A stretch of DNA of 64,000 nt, from positions 6,447,260-6,511,259 of the forward strand of contig MU058844.1 of NCBI GenBank assembly GCA_013265495.1. Reading direction: 5' to 3'. This document shows, one piece after another, positions 1 through 14,789 of the stretch. Both the position numbers and the translations under genes were made by a program. Position 1 is the stretch's first letter. Each line of letters begins with the position of its first letter. The notes under the pieces were generated by a model. The model worked only from the letters and a program-made list of their open reading frames with translations, did not search any database and was not told the DNA's origin. The stretch is from Vicugna vicugna (Eukaryota).

Positions 1-2995
1 AACCAAAAGCTAGTTCTTTGAAAAAAAATTTTAAAAAATCAATAAGTAACCCTCTGACCAGGAAAACTAAGGGAAAGAAAAAAAAAAAAGGAAGACAAGA
101 CACAAATTACTAATATCAGAGTAAAAGAGGGGACATCACTATAGATTCCATGGACATTAAAAGAATGACAAAAGTATGCTATGAACAACTCTATTCCCAC
201 AAATTTGATAACCTGGACGAAATTTCTTTGAAATACATAAACTGCATACATAAGAATAAACAGATGACCTGAATAGGCATAAATCTATTAATGAAATTGA
301 ATCAACAATTAATCACCTTCCAAAATGGAAAGCACCAGGACCAGAAGGGCTCTTGGTGAATTCTAACAAACATTTAAGAAAGAAACTATACATATTCTCT
401 TTTAATCTCTTTCAGAGGATAGCAGCAGAGAGAAAACTTCCTAACTCATCCTATAAGGCCAGAATTACACTAATACCAGAACCAGATAAAGATGTTACAT
501 GAAAGAAAACTACAATCAATGTCTCTCATGAACATTACACAAAAATCCTCAACAAAATATTAGCAAAACAGATCGAACAATTTATAAAAAGAGTTATACA
601 CCATAACTAAGTGGGATTTATCCCAACTATGCAAAGCTGGTTCAGCATTTGAAAAATCAATGAATGTATCCGACACATCAACAGACTAAAATAGAAAAAT
701 CACATGATAATATCAATAGATGCAGAAAAAGCATTTGATAAAATCCACTCATTTGTGATTAAAAACTCCCAATAAACTAGGAATAGAGGGGAACTTCCTC
801 AACTTGGAAAAAAATGTCTACAAAAACCCTACAACTAATACTGTATTTAATGGTGAGAAATCGGAAGCTTTCCTACTAAAATTAGGTACAATGATGTTGC
901 CCCTCACCAATCCTTTTCAAACTTGTACTGAAAGTTCTAACTAATGCAATAAAATAAGAAAAGGATATAAAAGATATACAGATTAGGAAGGAAGAAATAG
1001 AACCATCTTTGCTTGCAGATGACCTGATCATCTATGCAAAAAACCTAAAAAAACTGACAAGAAAACTTCTGAAACTAAAGTGGTTATATAGCAAGGTTGT
1101 GGGATCTAAGGTTAATATACAGAAGTCAACCACTTTCCTATATACCAGCACTGAAAAGGTAGAATTTGAAGTTAAAACACAATACCATTTACACAGGCAA
1201 CCACATAATTAAAGGTTAAGGGATAACTCTAACAAAAATATGTACAAAATCTATATGAGGAAAACTACAAAGCTCTGATGAAATAAAGAAGGTCTAAACA
1301 AATGGGTAAATATTGCATGTTCATGGTTTGGCAGATTCAATATTGGTAAGATTTCAGTTTTTCCTAACTTGATCTATAGATTCAATTAAATCCCAGCAAG
1401 TCATTTTTGTGGATAATGACAAAGTGACTCTAAAGTTTATAGGAGAGTTAAAAGACCCAGAATGGCCAACACAATATTGAAGAAGAACAAAGTGGAAGAC
1501 TGACATTACTCTACTGCAAGACTTAACTATAAATCTATAGCAACCAAGACAGTGCGGTATTGGCAAAAGAATACACACATATATCAATGAAACAGAATAA
1601 ACAGCTCAGATACAGACACACACTAATATGGTCAGCAGGTCTTTGACAAAGGAGTAAAGGCAATACAATGGAGCAAAGAGAGTTTTTTCAACAAACGGTG
1701 CTAGAACAAGTGGACATCCACATACAAAAAAACCAAATCTAGGCTATTATTCATAAACGAATCCAGAAATCCATTAACTCAAAATGGATTGCATACGTAA
1801 ATGTAAAATCAAGACTCTAAAACTCCTAGAATATAACATAGAAGAAAACCTATATGACCTTGGGTATAGCTATGACTTTTTTGATATAACAACAGAGGCA
1901 TAATGCATGAAAGAAATAATGAACAAGTTAGAATTCAAAATATACAGAGGGCTCTTAAATCTTAACAGGAAGAAAACAAACAACCTGATTAAAAAAATGG
2001 GCAAAAGACACTCAGACACTTCACCCAAGAAAGCATACAGGTGGTAAATAAGCATATCAAAAGATGGTTCACATCCTATGTCATCAAGGAAATGCAAATT
2101 ACAACAACAGTGAGATACCACTACACACCTATTACAATGGCCTAGATACAGAACACTGACAACACCAAATGCTAATGAGGATGTAGAGCAACAAAACACT
2201 CATTCATTGCTGGTAGGAATACAAAATGGTACAATCACTTTGGAAGACAGTTTGATACTTTCTTACAAGACTAAACATACTCTTACCAAATGATCCAGCA
2301 ATCACATGCTTTGGAATTTACTCAAATGAGTTGAAAATTTATGTCCATACAAAAACCTGTGCACAGATGTTTATAGCAACATTACTCATAATTGCCAAAA
2401 TTTGGAAGCAACCGAGATGTTCCTCAGTAGGTGAACACATAAACTGTGGCACATCCAGATAATGGAATATTATTCAGCAAAAACAAAGAAACAAACAAAC
2501 AAACAAACAGATGAGCTATCAAGCCATGAAAAGATATGAAGGAAATTTGAACGCATATTTAAGTGAAAGCAGCCAATCTGAAAAGGCTACTTACCACATG
2601 ATTCCAACTATGTGACATTCTGGAAAAGGCAAAACTATGGAGATAGTACAAAGATCACTGGTTGCCAGGACTTAAGACAGAGGGAGGGAAGAAGAGGTGG
2701 CGAACAGAGGATTTTTACTGCAGTGAAACTATCCTATATGATACCATAATGATGCACATGTGTCATTATACATTTTTCCAGACCTATACAATGTACAGCA
2801 CCAAAAGTGAACCCTAATAACTATGGACTTTAGGTGATGATGTGTCAAGGCAGGTCACAGATTGCTACAAATGTACCACTCTGGTGAAGGATGGTTATAA
2901 TGGGGGAGGCTGTGCATATGTCAGGTTTTTATGGGAATTCTCTGTACTTTCTGTTCAATTTTGCAATGAACCTACACTACTTTAAAGTATTTAAA
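1..2995 (+). mobile_element. Old LINE-1 (L1MC1/2-like): degraded ORF2 (RT and C-terminal region) plus 3'UTR, extending past the window start
   Basis: ORF2-like remnants (ISIDAEKAFDKI encoded near 710-745; LADDLIIY resembles RT FADDMI) with many stops and frameshifts; 3'UTR motif aaatgtaccactctggtg...gggggaggctgtgcat. Confidence 0.9.
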
Positions 2996-3570
2996 ATATT
3001 TATTTAAAATACTCAAAATATACTTTTAAATTCAGTATCTCAGGTGAGCTGTATATAAAGGTTTAGTTCACCACACTGCTGGAAAAAGAAATCTCTTTAA
3101 CAATTACTGTGGGACCAGAAGCTCATCATCACAAGGGCAACAAGTGATACACTGTAGTCAGAGAGTACAGCTGGAGGGGATATTTGGAGGTAGAGATAAG
3201 ATGCTAGCAGCAGGAACAGTCGCAGTTTTCTACTGAGGATTTACATATCTGGCCGAGGTCCACACACTTCTAGTACACTATCTCACAAAGGCTCTGAGAA
3301 GTCCACAGTTTATTGCCATTTTACAAATAAGAATGCTTCAGCCCAGAGAGGTTACATACAAAATCACATAGCAAGTGGTAGGGCCAGGAAATTAAAATGT
3401 GTCTGAAGCTCCTACCAGAATATTTCTGAACTACATAATCATAATTTTTTTAATGTTCCCACCAGGGAAAGAAAGTCCAGATCTTAATTTTATCTACCTT
3501 CAAGTGTAAGATTTGGGAGTCAGGAATTACTTTTAAACCTTCTATCAAAAACTAATTTTTGGTGTAGTCA

Positions 3571-3572
<2 letters not shown>

Positions 3573-3622
<50 letters not shown>
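3573..3622 (+). repeat. (AC)25 microsatellite
   Basis: Perfect AC dinucleotide run. Confidence 0.98.
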
Positions 3623-3627
<5 letters not shown>

Positions 3628-6600
3628 GATACATACTTATTTTTCCTACTTCTCAGGGTGTCTTTCCGAGGCTGGATAGTATTGGGAGGACAGATGTTTA
3701 TGTTTCTTCTACTAATTTGATATCATAACCCATATAATTTTGTTATTTTGCTTTTCAATATTTCTCTTACTTCTTCAATTATTTCCTACCGTGTCTCTAC
3801 TCATCTTCTATTTCTCCCTACCTTTACTTCGATTGCTCTTTTCCCTTTCACGTTTTTCTCAGTGCTCATATCATGGCAGGAATACAGACATCTCTGACAG
3901 TAGTGAAAGAAGTTGAGGAACAGTCTCCAAAGGCACCTCTCGGAGGGGCCGTCCCACTCAGGGAGTAAAGTCAGGGCTGGCGAGAGGGTGCTGACGCTCC
4001 AGGTGCCCCCCTTACTATTGAATCTGGCCATTTGCTCTTCCTTAGCTTCATCTGTAGGCTCCACGCTCGCCATTCTTGGATCTCAGCTACTTCACTAACA
4101 GGAAAGCATCTCCTGGCATCCTTTGGCTGAGGCAATGTCTTTGAGTTAGTTGTCTATTTATTTTTCACCTGGATGTTGTCTATTTTACCTAGATCCTTCA
4201 AACTCACAAATTTTGTGCCTGTACTTGCTTGGACTTGAGATTCTTCACCTTGTTCTGTCTCTGTTACTTAGAGCATCGGTTCAGAATGAGGTTTGCAGAA
4301 ATGGAGAGGTAATGTTGCCTGTTCAGTCTTTTTTCCTCCAACTACCAAATTAAAGGATCACAACAATTCTTTTGCCTTACTCTCAGAGTTGAATCATATT
4401 AAAAAATTGAGGTATAATAGCGGTGACAGTAAAATTTCTTAAGCTTTATGACACGGGAACTGACCAATCAGAGAGGATACTGGTTTTGAGCCTGGAGGGG
4501 CCCCACTGTTGGGGGCACCTCAGTTACTGAATATCATAGACTTGGGAGGGGACTTCCAGGGAAGTAGCTAAAGCAGCCACAGTGCCTGGGCTGGCAGCAG
4601 TGGGGAGAGACTCACAGAATTCGCTGTTCAAGATAAGACTATATTTCAGTATTTTAACAACTGTTCCAGTCAAACTTGTGTATGCCAGTTTTATATCAGC
4701 TCTATTTAAAAGCTCTCCAAACTTTAGAGCACTATATTATTTCATAGTAACTATGACGGTTTGACCTTTACCTTGCTTGAAAATGACAACTGAAGGTTTT
4801 CGTATAATGTGTCAACTATCTACTACCTGGCTGACAGCAACTTCTAAGCTTCCATATATTATGAGATGCGTTCTGAGTTCAGAGAGGTTAAAATGTGAAA
4901 AAAAAAATGCATATCTTGGAGTCAGTGAAATAATGAATAAATTATTAATATTTGCAACATTGTATTCTACAATATGAAATGTAAATATCCCTACCAGCCA
5001 ATCTTAGATTAAATTAGCCTACTCAGAACAAGAATTATGCTACCTGATTTTTGATTTACTCTAATATAAGTTTGATATATTATGCATGAATTGCTTAATC
5101 TTTTACTGAGTGTCTACTATTGTCAGGCATTACTCTAATTGCCAAAGAGCTAGCAGTGAACCAACAGAGTCCTGAACTTGACTAGCATAAAGACATTTTA
5201 GTTACAGCTATTAAACACATACTTCTGCATGAGATAAGCACTAACGACAAGTCAGCCAGTCCTAGGTTCAGTGGGAGTATGTAAGAAGGGAATTAGTCTA
5301 TGGTGAAGTCTAATCAGGTACACTATTTTCATATTGTGCTTCAATAAGCCCTAGGAGGCTTTCCAAATGCATCTCGGTGGCTGCTATGGGAAGCCAAGAG
5401 ATCAGACCCACTTCCTAAACCAGAGCAGAAGTACTTTTAGTTGTTTTACACACCATATTGAGTTTGGGGTACTATTTCATTTGAAAGAGGAGGTTTTCTT
5501 CTAAAATATAAAGTTTGAAAACCACTGATCTGGTGGACAAAGCCCTAATCACAGCATGAAAATGTTTAAATTAAATTTCCAACTCTACTGCCTATTTATA
5601 ATTTGACTTCAAATCACCAAACCACGTCTAAACACATGACTGACAAACAAATGATTCCAAATGATTCTGATCCTAGCCTTCAGTTAAACTGTGAAGAAAG
5701 CTATGCAAATTATTCTATTTGGGCTGCTGTAAATGGAACAGCCTTCATGCCATGCTATGATTACAAGAATTCAGGAACTATCTTGTATCCATTACGTGTC
5801 AGGATATTCATGGTTTTCCCTCCTTTGGAGGATTATAAAAAAATAACATCATCATAAGAAAGATTACGGTATGTGCTGGGATTCATGACATGCCCTTCAC
5901 ATTACATTAACTTGCATTTAACTCATAAAAACTCTGAGTGATGCTCCCCATTTTTAAAGGAATTGTTGCACGCATAACTTTAAAAATGTGCTAAAATAAT
6001 AAGCCTGCTAGAAAATAAATGAGCATTTGTTCTAAAAATTAATAGATCACACAGACTTCTCCTTTTTGAAAAAATTTTGCAGATTTCACTAGCTGTGAAA
6101 TGCTACTCTTTAAGTACTTAGAGAGATGTATATATACAAAGTAACACAGTTTTTATTCCATGGGAGGACAGATAGCATATGTAACGCAGACTAAGGGGGC
6201 TGACAAATCTATGCAGGCAGACCAAACTCCCTGGCTAAGAACCAGGAGTTACGCTTATTATATAGAACTCTCAAGGGTACCACACAATCAGAGGTCACAA
6301 TCGAGGCAACAGAAGCAATGTCACCATATCAGAGAATGGGCCAATTCAGATCTGGTCCCTGACAGTCACTGAGGTCAAGGCTTGCGGCAAATAATTGTAT
6401 TAAACAGGAATATTCCCTGCACACTTTTAGAATTGTCATCTGAACAAACAAGTCCAGGTCAGCTGTAGGTTAAATCTCAGTTCTTTTTCCTGGTACTTCG
6501 AAATTACTTTCTAGTCTTAATCTCTTTCAGTTTTTAAAGTTACAACTGTAATTTTCTTTTTATCAAGGAAATGCTTAATAACTTTTTTTGTTTTCTGATT

Positions 6601-9600
6601 TTAACAACAACAAACCTTCATTTAAACGCATGCATTTGTCATTTAATTCCATTTTATTATTTCCTCTCAAATGTAATTTCAAAGTTCTGATTATATGATA
6701 GTAATTACAATTTAAACTTCATATTTCAGTGTATAAAGAGCATTATAGTTAAAATAACAAGAATAGCTTTATATTCAAATTAAATAATTTCAAATTTTAC
6801 CAATTAATTACCACTTATGTATCATTGCATGTACTTTATATAAAAGCAATTAAATTCAGAATAGTAATTTTATATAAAAGATGCATATGATATACATTAG
6901 TTCACATTTTCCTCACAGTAATCTAGAATTTATGAATTATTACCAGCACATTTTAAAAAGCCTAAATTACACTTGAAAATTTATTTTTAATTTATTTCAT
7001 GTTTTTATCTTAATGATAAATGTTTAAAACATCTTTAGTTATGATACTCTTTTAGTTATTGCTTAATTTAAATAAAATGCTTGAGAGATTATTTTTCCTA
7101 TAAATTTTACTTCACATATTTTTCACAAATTACGCTTGGGAAATTGTACACTCTAGGGCTCCCTTTTGTTCATATAAATTCTAGGCAGTAAGACAATCAA
7201 GACTTTGATGCTTGATTTTATTTTACATTAGTTTATATTTCACTTTGAGCATTATTTTATTTAACATTTAAATTATACACACACACAATTCCATGACATA
7301 GTTTCAAGTGAAACACACAATAAACTAAATTATAAGACTGTAAAACCAAAACTGGCAACAGCTCAACATTCAACTGAATAAGACTGAAGTTATTTTTTCA
7401 TGGCTGCATAATTAGTATATTATCAGTAAAAATTTGTGGTCCTATGAGTAATAAGACATCACATTCTAAAACAGTATCTAAGATAATACGATCCTCACTG
7501 TTTAATCAACCCTATAGCTTTTAGTTGCGTATTTTACAATGATTCTTTAGAATGCGTGAATTTATATTGTTCGCTAAATGGTATGATCCCCGTGAGAAGT
7601 GTAAATCTCAGCTTAGTTTAAGCAGGTCAGCAAAGTGTCAATTTCAGAGACTTTTTTCCATATTTACTCTTTTAAAAACATATATTTTTAAGTTTAGTTC
7701 TAATATATTTTTAATACATAAGTTTATTAACTGTACAAGGCGAAAAAGTATCAAACGTATGTTAAACATTAAAATTGTTATTTTAAGGAAACACTTCTTG
7801 ACCTCATTAAAATAATTAACGTTTCATAACATTATATTTCACATCCAAGTTATGAAAAAGCAAAAAAAATTATCAAAACAAACTACAGTCAATTACATTT
7901 TCAGATCAGTAAAATGCACTTGTAAGAGTCTTCCTTCCCCTAATCCAATTGCCAAAGGCATTTTAGCAGCTCAAATAGGTGGTTAGAAACATTTCTGCCA
8001 TACTTTCTGAAATGTACAGGTCTTTTTGTTGTTGTTATTCTTTTATGATTTTCCCATTTCTGCAGCTATAAGTTACACTCACACACACACATTCACACAT
8101 ACACATACATACGTAATTGGGGTTAATTTTAACATCACTGTTCTCAAACTATCCTGATGAGTTATGGAAACATTACTAGTTGTGATTTATTTACCTATTT
8201 ATTTTATAATCTGAATTACCTTACAAGAATAGAAATGAAGAATTATAGTGCAAGTTAATCTTTTAGAGACACCTGGTGATTTTCCATCCTAACGGGTGAT
8301 AAAAGTAATTAAATTTGATTGTTTTAAATACAATGAACAAACAGGATAATACATTTCAATTCTGTCCTATTTAAGTTACACGATTCTACTTTAAAAGGAA
8401 AAATGTTAGTCAAACCGTCGTCTACTTTTTTAATCCTATGGCATTTGACCTGTTTCTAAAATTATCTGAGTTTCGCACTCTAAGACCTGGGTCACAACCT
8501 TATTTAGGGCCAGGAAATAGTTATCAGGTCACTGAGTGGTCAAATGAAAGAGGATTTGAAATGCTTCAGCACTTAGGACTCCATTCATGGCAATGATTGA
8601 CTTCTACGTTGTTTAAACTTTGACGTTTCTTTACTGGAACTAGTCAGCTTATGCCTATATGATTATAGCAATTTAAAGAAAAATCTACAGACTATAAACA
8701 GAGAGAATCTAAGAGTATAAGTGAACAGCATTATACACCTACAAAACGGAACGGTCTTTAGGATACCCACAGATATTTTAATTAACAGCTTATCTGAGTC
8801 CAAGGTTAATATAACTCCCTTGGCAGTTGGGTGCAATAAAATGGGTAAAAGCAAAGGGAAGATAAAAGTTACTTCTCTACCATGTTTTTCTTCTAAAGTA
8901 GACTTACAACTTGCCATACTATTTAGCAGCACACTTTACTATCATATAGGATCAAATCATACAATTATTCCTGTATGATAATGATTAACCCAAACCTGTT
9001 TTTATATTCACCTGGTGTTATCAAGTGAATATAATCTATCTCTGATGATGGAAACAGGCAAAATAGGAGGAAGTTGGGGCAAAATGAGTATATATTTGAT
9101 CTGTCATTTAGCACTAAATCAGTTTCCCTAGAGATCCAGATCACTATTTAGAAATCAAAATTAGCATTTTGCACAGTTTCCAAAGCATGCAGTATCAGGG
9201 ATTTTATGCAAAGAGAAGCTTGTGGCTGGAAAGAAATATTTTTAAATGTATGAAAAGTGATAGAAGAGCATTAAGCCAAAGTATTGCTTCAATAGCTCAT
9301 TTTCTAGTGTTTGAAAGCCTAAGAACAGGACGTTATGAAAATTGCACAGCACAAAGGTATTCCATATTTACATAACTTTCCTACAGGATCACTAAAACTT
9401 TAAGATATAGATGTTTTATTCCGCAAATGTTAAAGGAAGCAATCCTATCACTAATGGACAGAAAGTTGGAAAATTAGGCACAGATTTTATTTTTAAGTTT
9501 TATTTTATAATAAGAAAGTGGGCCATTAAAACTATGTAACCAAAGCTGGAGTGCGTGCACTGGAAGGCCCCTGCAGTCTTTTACAACTTTTCAGAGGCCT

Positions 9601-11899
9601 CGGTTGTGAACTGGGTTTGCACTCTGCCAGCAGAGCAGCTCTGACCCATGGAGAGCACTCCTTCAGATCAACACTGCCTCGGGCCTTTCTGCTTTCTCCA
9701 AGAAGTCTTACATTTCAGGCATCAAGTTGAATTTCTTCTGGAGATGATTAACCCAAACCCATGACAGATTTTTTCCAAGATATCCAACCCCTTATGTTTA
9801 TTTTATCCTGGCTCTTTTTTGGATGTACTGGACACAAGTAACTTACTCATTTTACATGTTAAAGGGCTGGTGGAGAGCCATTAATTCCCTTAAAAAATGA
9901 GAAAATATTTCAATGTGCCGGGCTCTATTGTGTGAGCTCACATTAACTACGCGATCTAACGTTTTAAGAAAGATGTTTCTCCTCTACTATAGGGTTTTTT
10001 TTTTTTAAAGCATTTCATCACATCTCAAGATAGGGATCTTATACTTTTTGGGAAATGCATTCTTGCGGTGTATTAAAAAACACAATGTTAGAAGGATCAG
10101 TTACTGTTTCCATAAGCCCAGTTTGTAGGGGGTTTCAACTAACCTAAATCTTGGCACACATAATTTTAGTTAATAGTCAAATAAAAATATATAGAAGGGT
10201 CTAGTCTCCTTATATACCAACCCCTGTCATTGTTTCTATTTCTAAAATATTTTCTTCTTATCATGGGTGAGATGAGTTGTAGGAAAATAGTTCAGGTGTT
10301 TTTACGGACTTCTCAAAGTAAAATATTTTAAACTTAGAGGTTGACTTGATTGGATAACTTCTTTGGAGATGACTATTAGTATTTTTTTTTAAGGAATTTT
10401 TTTTCTTTTTTTGAATAAACGGTGCAGAAGGGTAAAATTTTCAGTTTTTATAGACTTTTTTTCTCGTAGGACGTAGTTTCAAAAGAAATGGGATTTTTAT
10501 TATGAACGTTCAAGTTACTTTAAAATATTTTAAATAATAAAACACTCAATATATAAATTATACACAGAAGTAGAAAAGCTTACTAAATAATATACTTGAA
10601 AATTTACTTTTAAAATTAATAGAAATGTATCAAAGGAGAAACATAACATTAAGTTTAAGGGATATTTAAAATGTAAAGCCTTGGTTTCCATACAGTGTCT
10701 GATAAGACAAGCAATTCAAGGAAAAATGTATAAATTCCAATTTGACATTGCATGCCAAGAATAAGAACTCAATTCATAAGATGGAAATTTGTATATACGT
10801 ACACATTCAAATATATGAGAATGGAAGCAAGTACAACATGATACTGCAAAGTAGCTTCAAGGTTTAAACCACCACCAACGCAAATAATTCCATTTAAACA
10901 TAAGTGTCATTTATAAGCGGCAATTCTGAGAGCTAACAACTTTGAACTTCAGATAAACTTTAAGTTTAGTATTTGGGTGATGATAGATTGTTGACTCTAT
11001 GGTAAATGCGTTTTATTTTCTTAAAATTCAGTCTATTACTTATGATAGTAATTCAGTAAACTGATTTACGAATAATACTTCATATAATCTTTTCTCTTTA
11101 AATAGGAAAATCTCATACAATTTAAGGTCATTGGTGCAAAGAATCAAAGGATATATTTAGTAAACTTCAAAGGATAATTTTATTTCCACCTAACACTGAT
11201 AAACACTGAAAAGTTGTTAAAAATTATAAATTAGAATCACAAGAATTATAGAAAATAAACTCATTGCTCCATATTAGTTTTTTCCATTCTTCTTAAATAG
11301 AACTGCAAAATAAATTTTATCTTTTACAAAACAGATATCAAGATCTGAATCAAAATATTTTATCTCTAAGTGGGGGCTAAAAACTAAGTTAATTTTTATA
11401 ATTAGATTTATTACCAGAATGTTTAAAGATATCAGTTTCTTCTTTAATTCATGCTTCAATGGGCTACCTAAGTTCAAGACCTTCTACAGAGTGAAGAAAA
11501 GAAGTGACAAGGGATAGCATATACATTGGGGTTGGTAGGTTAATGCCAGAAGTGTGACTGATTGATTGACTGACATTACTTTAAAAAATCTGGATCAAAG
11601 CTGCCTATCAAATTCGTCCAGGTAAAATTTAACGTAGAATAAAAAAAATTTAGAGTAGAATGGATCATTGAGCAGAATCTGTATCTTGTCTGTTCAGCTA
11701 TATGCATTTACCTTCACCTGGAAAGTCCCTTTCCTTCAAAAAAAGATCAGCTAAGCAGAATAATACATTTTCCCAACACACATACACCATATTTTAAAAT
11801 ATAATGTTTCGAAGTGTATGCAGGTGCTATAATCAAATTCAAACTTGTACAAATTTTATTGTGAATGGCTACTGTTCCCGATTAACAGCAACAGCTAGA

Positions 11900-12095
11900 A
11901 TCTATTGAGCTTCCCATACATTATATACTATTCTCAGCATTTTATATGTATTGATTTATTTACTCAACTCTGCACTATTTTACTCATTATACCAATTTCA
12001 TAAGTGAGGAAACAGACACAGAAAGGTTAAGGGTACAATAAAGTCCTCTACCAATGGGTAGAGTTGGGATTCAGACCTAGGTAGTCTGGCTCCAT
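11900..12095 (-). mobile_element. MIR SINE relic
   Basis: MIR core-like atttcataagtgaggaaacagacacagaaaggttaag and gggattcagacctaggtagtctggctcca. Confidence 0.7.
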
Positions 12096-12602
12096 ATATA
12101 AAGTTGAGTATCATTTTTTCATTAAAATAATGATTAAAAAACCTTACAGAAGGTAGTGAAGCTTTGGGGAAAACATATGGGAACCCACAGTTCTATTAAA
12201 CTACTATAAAATATCAGTGGAAGATAGAAATCATTTAGATTTCTGGAAACATAAAAACACATAGTAACTTTAATAATCCTCATCTCTATTCTTCCAGAGA
12301 ATGTTTCAAAAAACTATGAAACCTTAAAATGAAGGGGTACTGTTTATAATGATGAGGTTTTTTCAAATCCAAACTCTCACAGCTGGTGGAGTTTTAATAG
12401 GAAATGATTAAATGAATTCCAAAGTATGCTAAGTAGATCTAAGGGGTGGTTGAGACAGTGGGACCTAAGGCTTGAATGTGAACACTAAATGAGTTGCAAG
12501 TTTAAGTTGGGAATACGCCAATATCTGACTTTGAGTAATAGCAATTGGCAGGAAGAGTGTTTCTGAGACTCCAAAGATATTTTTTTTTAAGAGTCAGAAC
12601 TG

Positions 12603-13660
12603 TTTATTAATTCAACAAATACTTACTGAGTGCCTTGTATAGATGAATCTAATACTGTTGCTAGGTTCTGGGGATGGGAGGAAACAGAAATATGACTAAA
12701 ACTTGATCCCTGACCTTAAAAAGATTTACAGTCAGGGGAGGAACTAGATAAAAACATATAGTTATAGGACATTATTAAGGAGATACGACAAAAGCCTCTG
12801 GGAAGTATCAGGAATGACTTACAGATGAAATGACATTTATCTGAGTCAGGAAGGATAAGCAGAAGTCTGAAACTAGAAAGGTGAGGAAAAGCAATAAAGA
12901 TAGAGAAAATAGCATGAAAATATGAAGGGCAGGGCATTTTTTGGGAAGAACAAGCAGTCCATTATAGTAGTTCAATATGAAGTAGTTCAATATGGTTAGA
13001 GAATATTTGGGGGGCAGGGGAGAGAAATGATACAAGGTGGTGCTGGAGAGGTAGGCTGGGAACAGTATGTAAAGGGCATTGTATGCTTAAGACTTTGGAA
13101 TGTGTACTAGAGGAAACAGAAAGACACTGTTAAGATTTTAAACAGTGGTGTGTTGTATGCAGAATGACAGTTTAGAAAGACACTGCTGCACCAGTATCGA
13201 AGACAGCATTTGCAAGATGGAGAATGTGAATTCTCAATCCTGGAAAGGAGTGTGAATCCTGGAAAGTAGACTATTGGAACATTTCAGGGCAAGAGACACT
13301 GCAGGCAATGGCTGATGTGACGGCAGTGGTTATATCTGGCAAATGAAAGAGAGAAAAGAATTAAGAATGATTCTGATTTTTTCTAGGTGAAGTGAGTGAA
13401 TGGCTACTGATAATATTAACAGAGACAGTAAGAAGAGTCAGGTAGGTGGAGTGGAATGTAATGTATATATTTTATATATAACAACATAGAATAATATATA
13501 AACAATATGTATTAATATATTGCATATATAATGTTTATAATATGTTTCCTATTACACATGTTGGGTTTTAAGTACTCAGAGAAAAATCAAAGGGGGAAGG
13601 TTGGATATAAAGATTTAGTTGTCATTGCCTGTAAACATAAGTTATATGAGAGAATTAGGT
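12603..13660 (-). mobile_element. L2 LINE relic (3' end and upstream fragments)
   Basis: Reverse-complement L2 tail ttcaacaaatacttactgagtgcc followed by purine-rich L2-like sequence; boundaries approximate. Confidence 0.65.
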
Positions 13661-14789
13661 GTTGTATCTTGATCTTTTCGTCATGCCATGGGAATAGGTC
13701 TGATCTGTACTTCCATGATGTTTTCTTTAGCCTGTTTACATAAGTCTCCTCAACTGGACTCAAGGGTAGTTTTTTTTTTTTAAAGACAGAGACTATGTCT
13801 TATTCATCTTTGTATCCCTTGACCAAATGTCATGGCTGACAAAGTAAACATCTGCTGTATGAGTAAATAAGTATGTGGATTGAATATAAAATGAGGCCAG
13901 AGATAAACAAAATTCTATAGGACATGGTTATTTTAGGAAAAGGAATAGGCAGAGAAGACAGGAAGGAGTGGTCAGATAACCAGGAGAACCAGGAGAGAGT
14001 GGGAATAAGGATGTAGCAGGAGAGATATTCCAGGGAGAGGAATTCCTGAAGAAATGGCAAGCAGCTGAGGGCAGGAAAGAGGTTCCTGATGTAGCAGTTA
14101 ACAGGTTAACACTGATCACTGTAATGAATGTAGTTTGAGTAGAATGATGAGAATGTGACCAGAATGTACACTGTGCATCACTTTATGAAAGGACTGTACA
14201 TGAGATGATAAACTTCAGTGTATTAGTTTGTCCCTCACTGGGCTGAGCTTCTGAAGCAGGAGCTGATTTTTACTTGTGCTTTCAGTCTCAAGTACAGCGA
14301 ATGAAAGTCGAAGCTCAAAACTGGTTTTGTGCAGAATGCACAGAAGGTGAGCAATAGATACTAATTAGACTGCCTAAGAAGGTAGATAAGGGAAAAAGAG
14401 GGATGGGGTGGTGGCTTGAACAGGAGGTAGCATCACATTTTCAGCTTATTTGTGCGCTGATAGAAGTGGCTATAGATAGGAGAGACAGAAACTTAAGAAA
14501 CAAGGCTGGCGATAAATGTGAGAATATCATGGGATCAGGGAGAAAAACATCCAAAGCCTGGATGACAAGTTTAGCTTTGGAAAGGAAGTGGGATAGCATT
14601 TAAAGAAAGAAAGAAAGTTATAGTGGAGTTTGGAACATTAATGGAAGTGAAAACAGTGATTGCTGCCGCACACTGGGCACTGCGCTGAGCAACGCTCTCA
14701 CTCCCCCCAGCCACTCTGCGGCGCGGGTATTATGCTCGTCACTCAGCAGGTGAGAAGCACTTAAACTTCCTCACACCTTGTGACTGTTT

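Noticed and set aside
13225..13266. Short direct repeat aatcctggaaag (similar micro-duplications near 47435 and 60950)
   Set aside because: Ordinary slippage duplications within old repeats or AT-rich DNA, with no sign of function.
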